NCBI RefSeq assembly: GCF_006345805.1
Contig: NC_042998.1
Coordinates: 101,122,001-101,186,000 of the forward strand
Origin: Octopus sinensis
Lineage: Eukaryota
Length of the DNA: 64,000 nt
Reading direction: 5' to 3'
Shown here: positions 55,688 through 64,000 of the stretch, in pieces
Numbering within the stretch: the stretch's first letter is position 1
How the letters are laid out: every line of letters begins with the position of its first letter
Program-made: the position numbers and the translations under genes
The notes under the pieces: model-generated
The model's database searches: none
What the model was told of the DNA's origin: nothing
Seen by the model: only the letters and a program-made list of their open reading frames with translations

Positions 55688-56627
55688 ACTATCTATCTAA
55701 ATTTGAGTTGATTTCTTATAGAATTTATGTTTCATAAGTGCTATAGATTTTTTCCGAAAACAATAATTATCTTGTCTCACCGATGCATGTGTCGACAGAC
55801 TAATCCTGGTTCGTCTGGACACTTCAATTCTTTTCTTGTAATTGTTGAATATATCTTGCCTATAGAAGAAAAACACAAGTTTTTGCTCAAGTAAAAAAAG
55901 TAACTTGCCCTATACATAACTGCAAATCCTGGAACGTTGTATTTTTTCACTCAAGACAATGCATCGTAATTTTGAGGTTTATAGGAAATTTGTGTATAAG
56001 ATTTTTTTAATAAAGAATAAAGAAGTGACACAAAATATGTTAAAGTACTTTAAGTTATCAATCACATTTTCTCTTCATTACTGCATGCGAATAGGAATAA
56101 ACAAAGGAAAAAATAACAAGAGCGACTATTACGACAATAGAAAATGCAAGAACCAAATCCTTTGGTAATGAATTGGCATGGAGCATAATATTTATATTTT
56201 TCTGTCACATTTTAAAAGTACCACCCACATATCAGAAATATTGATAGCATCTTCAAAATTCTTGACAGTATCACTCAACTGAAAATTACTCATTAATGTT
56301 AATAACTTCATATAAGTAGCACAATTTCGAAAATTTCACGTATTTTGTTGTTTTGAACACGTTTCATTGATGCACAAGAAAAAATATTTTAATGAAAGAA
56401 AGAAAAGTTAGCGGCCATTTTGTCAACGTTTTCACTTTTAAGTTGGTCGATGAGAAGAGAAGACGAGCTGAAATACATCTTCTTTGATGGACTACACTTA
56501 ACATCAAATATTCTTCTTCTCCTCCTCCTCCTCCTTCTATTTTTCTTTTTCTTTCAGGAGAATAACTATAAAGCTATTTAAGGTGGATATATAAAATGAG
56601 ATTTGCATATTCCACCCACATCACTTC

Positions 56628-56675
<48 letters not shown>

Positions 56676-58481
56676 TCAATAATGATACCGGTGATGGTGA
56701 AATTGACAAGCAGAAAAAGAAAAGAAACTAAAAATCCAACGCTTATGTATTTAAGAAATATGGTTAAAAAGTACGCCGTTGGAATATTGCGTGGGATATA
56801 AAAAGCGTGTTATAAATTGATGATATGTACATTCATATTGAAGCCTACATACACAGCTGTATGTATAACCACACATACAATCCTCGCATGCATCCATACG
56901 CATAACGACGCTCCCATGTGTCCAAGCACATACAATTACGCATACACATATACATACACATGCCTAAAAGCCACGAGAACGTTAGAACTATTCATCATTA
57001 AAGTATTCTTGTGTACACATGAATGATGAACAGATACCAGAACCAAACATATCCTTCTGAATCAGACTACACCATTAGCAACACTGTAATTTAGAATTAT
57101 ACAATACAGTTCATTATATAGAAAGTGGTGGAATGAAAAAAATTAGTATTCTTTCACAAAATGGGCCTTTTTAAATTTTCTTCTCAGTTTAAGATTTCAT
57201 AACGTCAAAATAAATAGAAAAAATATGTACATATTCGGAATCAGCAAATTTACCCGACCTGTGTAGGCGAAATTTATCCGAGGTTTTCAAATCTCTGTAT
57301 TAGAGCGATGACAGAATCTTTAGAGTGTTATACAAAATGCTTTTCTGTATTTGTTCCAGTTGTTTATGATCTGCGTTCAAAACCTATCAGAGTCAACATT
57401 GCTTTTCAGCGTTCCGGGGTCGATAAAATGTACCATCTTAATCAAGATGATTTACGCGACTAAAATCAAGAGCTGGTCTCCCGGTTATTCTTACGTTGTC
57501 TTCAGCTTAGCTCTAACACCATCTGCGGCGGCGCAAGTGCAAAGCTATATATCATTCCTTCCTTTAGACAATATCAGTAACATAGAAAAGGGTAGATTAC
57601 ATGTCTTCCACACAATCTTGCGCAGGCCTGTATCCTGGAGGAAACATTCTGGTGTCATCTTACAGGGCCTTGTCAAGAAAGACTGAAGTGTACCTTTACG
57701 CATGAAGAGCAATGATTTCACGACGCATAGGAATGCCACACACACACATACACACACACACACACATGCACGCACACACACACATGTATATATACATATG
57801 TACGCATACCTACTAGCACTGGCCAATGATTGATTATCATTGTTTTCGTTCCTTAACACCTGGGAGTCAACGACATTTGCGAAAGATGAAGTAAAGAAAT
57901 ATACGCTGATCGATGAAGATCATCGAAACAGAATTTATACATCAAACCTATAAAAATCATAATATACAATCACGAGAATACATCAGAAAAACCAAGTTCA
58001 GTATTCACGACAGGATCAATTGAATCGCATACATTACTCTCAAAGATCACAAGGGATACTTCAATAATACACGCTGAAAAATAAGCTAATTTACTTTTCA
58101 GAAAGTGAATAAGGATGTTTAACAAATAGTAGACACATCGTTATGAATATTGTCCTACTCAAAACTTATACAGGAAAACAACTTTGATGTAATGAGTTGT
58201 TTCAAACAAATCGAGAGTAAAACTAATGTAAATTTATACAGTTTACATCGCAGATTTTCCCCTATTCATTTCCTCTGGCCTCTTCCATAAAGCCATGCAG
58301 TTCACATTCAATCATGTTGTTAGAAGAGAAAGAGATCGAAACTACAAAACATTCTGAACATTCGCTCTTGTTTAACAAATGCTAGCTAAAAACATGAAGA
58401 AACGTTCGAAAGTTCCACGGGAAGTACAACGATGCAGAGATATATGAAGTCGCCGACGTGCTTCTCATCAGTCAACCACAC

Positions 58482-58541
<60 letters not shown>

Positions 58542-58660
58542 CGCACACACACACACAAGCACACACACACGTTATACAGTCCGGGAATTAAAACCACAAC
58601 TTTGAGATTGTGAGTGAAAGACCCTAATTGGTAGGCCGCATGTCTTCACCCTACTGGACG

Positions 58661-58719
<59 letters not shown>

Positions 58720-59678
58720 TTGTATTTACTCTGGCTAAAAAAGTCGTATGATGAAATTGTTTATCCATGTTTGTTTATTAAACTCTTTCCGTCAATTGTT
58801 GCACACGTCCTTCAGTATTATTCTGATTTTCTTTTCTGTCTTACACATCCATATTTTTCATTCTAGCTGATTTGTTTTCTCTCAATGTGACTCACACTAT
58901 CTTTCCCTTACTCCATCGCCCTATGTCTTGTGAGTTTTGTAATGATCTCACGCGTTCATTATTTCTGTCTTTCTGTCGACGTTGTGTTAAGACGAAAGTT
59001 TTTTTCGATCTCGCTCTAAACTAGTTTACTGCTGCCTCGCTTTGTCCCAAGTCACAAGACACCGTTATTTATACTCTGTGAATGTTTCTTCGAATTTTCA
59101 GTACCGATCGTGTGTGTTTTCAGTCGTAAGACTTGGTTTCGCGGTGTAGTTTTTGAACCCGAGTGTCTTCCCGACGTCTATCATCAATTTTTGCCAGGCA
59201 CCGAATTCGTAATGTCTCTGGATACAAAATTGGGTTATGGAATGCGTTTAATCCACTTCTGTTTCTTTGTCCTTTCCCTTAATTTTCGCAGACGCCCATT
59301 ATCTCCATTAGCTTCATTATATGTATGTATATCTATGCATATATATAATATAATAATATGTATCTTTATGTATGTATGCGTGCATGTATGTATGTATATA
59401 TATGTGTGTGTGCATATATATATATATATGTATATATATATATGTACATATATATATATGTATATATATATTATATATATATGTATATATATATATATAT
59501 ATCTATATATATATATATATATATATATGTGCATGTATGTATGTACAACACACACCTATGTATTTCTCAGTATCATTGTTAGATGAGGCTTAGAAAAATA
59601 AGTCTATAGACCCATTAAAATGTTTCCTCCCTACAGAAATCTTTAGTAACAGGCTAAAGATTTATTCGCTCAGGGTCA

Positions 59679-59715
<37 letters not shown>

Positions 59716-59757
59716 TCAATAAATGGTGGGGTTGTGTTGACCGCACGTGGAGAAATG

Positions 59758-61022
59758 ATAAGCAAGGAAAAATTGTAAAAATGCAGAATGCTCGATTGAA
59801 AGAAAATTTTAATGAAATGAGAAAATGAAAAAATATATAAATATATATTTATTCAAACCGGTTTTCGTCATAGTTTGACTTATCAAGAATAGTTAGGTGA
59901 AAAGGTTTTTTTAAAAATGAGAAAGGGGAAAAAAAGTTGCATTGTTTTTTGCAAAAGAATAATAATAAATATGTATAAAAATTAAAAAATAAGTACTCCG
60001 ATACATTGTGAGTTCGTTGTGTATCTTGAGTTTAATGATTGTTCACGAAAAAATTACCTTGAGGTATTAGGGTCCAATGGGATTAAGGCCATGTGTTGTT
60101 TGGTTTAATTCAGGATGTTGGCAAAACAGGAAGTAGTAGTAATTGTGGTTCTTCAGTTCCTGTGTTGTGAATAAGGGGAGACAACTCTTTTGAGTTCTTC
60201 AATAAAGGCTGCTGATTAACCCCAAATTATAAAATTGTCATTTTAGCTTCATTTGCATTACTCCTCGTTGATCAAACTTCCCTTTTCTACCTCATTCTTC
60301 ATGGATGGACTCACACAAATATATAAGGATACCATAGATTCATCACTTCAAGCAAAAACTCATATTCTTTAAATATCATTTTTACTATTGTTGTTATTAC
60401 CATCATCTTTATTATTTATGATATAACAATCTGAAATGCAATTGTCTATGCAAATTTATATAATTAGAAAATAATATAAATAAAGTGTTAAAATCTGAAA
60501 GTTAAATTAACAAACAATTATATAAAAAAAGATAATGCAAATGAAGCTAAAATGACAATTTTATAATTTGGGGTTAATCAGCAGCCTTTATTGAAGAACT
60601 CAAAAGAGTTGTCTCCCCTTATTCACAACACAGGAACTGAAGAACCACAATTACTACTACTTCCTGTTTTGCCAACATCCTAAATTAAACCAAACAACAC
60701 ATGGCCTTAATCCCATTGGATCCTAATACCTCAAGGTAATTTTTTCGTGAACAATCATTAAACTCAAGATACACAACGAACTCACAATGTATCGGAGTAC
60801 TTATTTTTTAATTTTTATACATATTTATTATTATCCTTTTGCAAAAAACAATGCAACTTTTGTTCCCCTTTCTCATTTAAAAAAAACCCCTTTTCACCTA
60901 ACTATTCTTGATAAGTCAAACTATGACGAAAACCGGTTTGAATAAATATATATTTATATATTTTTTCATTTTCAAATTTTCTTTCAATCGAGCATTCTGC
61001 ATTTTTACAATTTTTCCTTGCT

Positions 61023-61025
<3 letters not shown>
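59758..61025. mobile_element. Foldback-like element: inverted arms about 500 bp, spacer 272 bp, lying between (TA)n tracts
   Basis: 59758-60260 is the reverse complement of 60533-61025, with few substitutions and small indels. Confidence 0.9.
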
Positions 61026-61095
<70 letters not shown>

Positions 61096-61423
61096 TACTT
61101 GTATATATACAAACACGGCATATGCGTGTGTATGTGTGTTCAACTAAAATATATCACTGATTTTCGATGATGACAAGAGGGGAAAAATTGGAAACTCAGA
61201 ATATGTAAAGCCGAAATTTGCAATGCAAGATATTTCCTCCCAATGTACCACTCTAAGACTGCCTTGAATCGATACCGACTCGACATGCTGACGCGCAAAG
61301 TGTACCTAAGCGGTATCTGAACACATAACGCAGTGAGGTGGAACAAATAAAGTAAGGTATTCCATCCAATGCTTTACCGATTGTGGTAATTCGGTGCTAT
61401 ATATACATGTGTGCGTGTGTATG

Positions 61424-61479
<56 letters not shown>

Positions 61480-61959
61480 TGTACATATAACACAAGCATA
61501 CTTTATTACGCAATACTTTTTCGCTTACACTACATTCAAAGAAAGTTTATCGAATTATTAAGCTTAAACGTTATGAAATAAGGACGAAGGAATGATCAAA
61601 GTAGTTAAACGAATTATGCTATTGAATATTGATTATTGGCAATATTTGATTTGATCCAGCTATGTAATTTTCTAATTAGTCCATTCAGCATTTCATTAAG
61701 CTCAATCCATAAATTTCACCATGACGCATTTACTGTTAGAAGGTGAAAATTCGTAAAAACAACACTAAAATACAAAAATCCGAAGTTACATACATACATA
61801 AGTACATATATACATACATATATACACATAGATATGCATGTAAATATATACATCCACACACACATATATATATAATATATATATGTATATTATATATATA
61901 TATATTATATATATATATATATTATATTGCATATATATATATATAATATATATATATAT

Positions 61960-62015
<56 letters not shown>

Positions 62016-62240
62016 TAGGTGTGTATGTGTGTGTGAGCGTGTGTCTGTGTGTGTTTGTTATAGCCCTTCCCAAATCGCATAGAACCCACTGCAAACACGC
62101 AACGGTGGAATTTTAATGTAATTACTAATAAAAGCCTCAGCATGAACGTTAAAATTGTCGCTCACTGAGCGCATCTATTCCCACTGACACACACAAGCGG
62201 GCGCGCACACATGTATGTGTATGTGTATGCCAAGTAAAAG

Positions 62241-62269
<29 letters not shown>

Positions 62270-62280
<11 letters not shown>

Positions 62281-62463
62281 TTTACTTGTTCCAGTCGTTA
62301 GACTACGAATCGACTCCAGTACTTTTATTTTTAAAGCCTGGCACGTATTTTATCGGTCATTTTTCCGAACCGCTAACTAAGGGAATGTACACAAACCAAC
62401 AAGACAGAAGTGGTCGGGGACAAACACAAGCATAAGGCACACACCATCTCTCTCTCACTCACA

Positions 62464-62536
<73 letters not shown>

Positions 62537-62539
62537 CAT

Positions 62540-62618
<79 letters not shown>

Positions 62619-62800
62619 ATGTTTGCACATATAAACGGTGGGCTCGTCTCAGTTTACATTTGTTTCAGTGTACAAGACTTTGGTCGTCCCGGTGGTGCAG
62701 TAGAAGACACCAAACCTTCTCTGGGTCCTACGTTGTGGGATTGAACCCGGAACTATGTGGCTGGGAAGCAAACATCTTACCAGATAACCACGCCTGCGCC
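62270..62800 (-). mobile_element. Degenerate SINE family A spanning a (TA)n tract
   Basis: Tail-like TTTACTTGTTCCAGTC...GAACCGCTAAC at 62.3 kb and head-like GGGATTGAACCCGGAACTATGTGG...ACCACGCCTGCGCCT at 62.75 kb. Confidence 0.6.
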
Positions 62801-62937
62801 TCAATCCATCCATCCATCCATACATACATACATACACACACATACGTACATGTATGTATGTATGTATGTATGTATGTATGTATGTATGTATGTATGTATG
62901 TATGTATGTATGGATGGATGGATGGATGGATTGAGGC

Positions 62938-63630
62938 TGTTGTCGTTGTTAATCTTGTTGATACTATTGCAGCCGTCTGTGAAGTTACCGTATGTGTGTT
63001 TGTGTATGTATATGGGTTCGCTTCCTATGTTGTTTGTACCCGTGCCTTTTATAAAGTTTTTTTTCTCTCTCTCTATTACATTAATCGTAGGTATGTGCAT
63101 ATTTGTCTATTGTGGGTGTATTACACTGTTTGTATCTCTTTCCACCTTCTTTACTGTTGTGTGGTGTGGTGGTGGGTGTTGTTCCATTTGTGTTTTCTGT
63201 TAAGTCTCGGTCTGCCTATTGCTATGTGTGTAGCTTCTGTGACCTAAGTGTCATGTCAGTTCTATGTTTAGATAACACCTTAACCTCTATGGTATTATGC
63301 AATCCTTTATATTCTGCTTGAGCATGTTGATAGAGCACTGACAAACCTTTCTACTCTTTGAGCTCTCGTCAATGTTCACATATACGCTCCCCTGTGCTGC
63401 GTGCAGTCTCTCCATTGTATGTAGTTGATATGATACAAACAGTGTAACACACACACAATAGAGAAATATGAACATATCTACGGTAAATATAAGAAATAGA
63501 GATAAAAAAAAAACTGTATAAATGGTACGGATACAAGCAACATAGTAAGCGAACCTATATACACACACACAAATACACAGTAACTTCACAGACGGCCGCA
63601 ATAGTATCAACGACAAAAATAACAACAACT
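62938..63630. repeat. Diverged inverted repeat, arms about 200 bp, spacer about 295 bp
   Basis: GATACTATTGCAGCCGTCTGTGAAGTTAC ... GTAACTTCACAGACGGCCGCAATAGTATC and neighbouring blocks pair. Confidence 0.8.
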
Positions 63631-64000
63631 GCCACGATGGCAGCAGTGTGGGCGAACACACAAACACGGAAATATACAGAAATGATACCAAATGGACTTC
63701 AGGGCAGTAGCGGCGACAATGGGGGATGGGATGGGGATGAGGGGAGGATCATAGTGCTACTAAGAACAATGACACACATATACACACATGTACACACACA
63801 CGCATGTACACATAGAGGGAACAAGCACACAAACACAGACGCAAGCGCATATAAGGATAAACATCATAGCAGGACAGAATGGAATAAGCAGAGCAAGAGC
63901 ACACACGAAGACGGAAAGTGTCACCGAGGAGGTCACAGATGTGTGATGAAAGATTTCCGGACAATGGACGTAAGTTAGAATAAGAACAGTAATAAACAAG

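Overview
Repeat-dense, AT-rich animal DNA. The SINE, LINE and MITE families look like those of octopus (from recognition, no database check). Only one host protein-coding exon is supported: the first coding exon of a tachykinin-receptor-like GPCR on the minus strand (42345-41861). It ends at the conserved DR|Y phase-2 intron, and no later exon was found in the 41.8 kb downstream. The rest is mostly microsatellites, three tRNA-derived SINE families, a full-length frameshifted Tx1-type LINE sitting in (TCTA)n tracts, RTE and Penelope fragments, Tc1/mariner/pogo relics, two non-autonomous Helitrons, a probable degenerate PIF/Harbinger element and several long inverted repeats. The most notable items are a type I hammerhead ribozyme motif with an intact core (10069-10143), a second mutated one in an inverted structure (~36.1 kb), the apparent (TCTA)n targeting of the Tx1 element, and an unidentified 787-bp retroposon inserted with a 16-bp target-site duplication (TSD) into a SINE tRNA head. 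Most short ORFs in the supplied track are microsatellite translations. Coordinates of degenerate elements are approximate.
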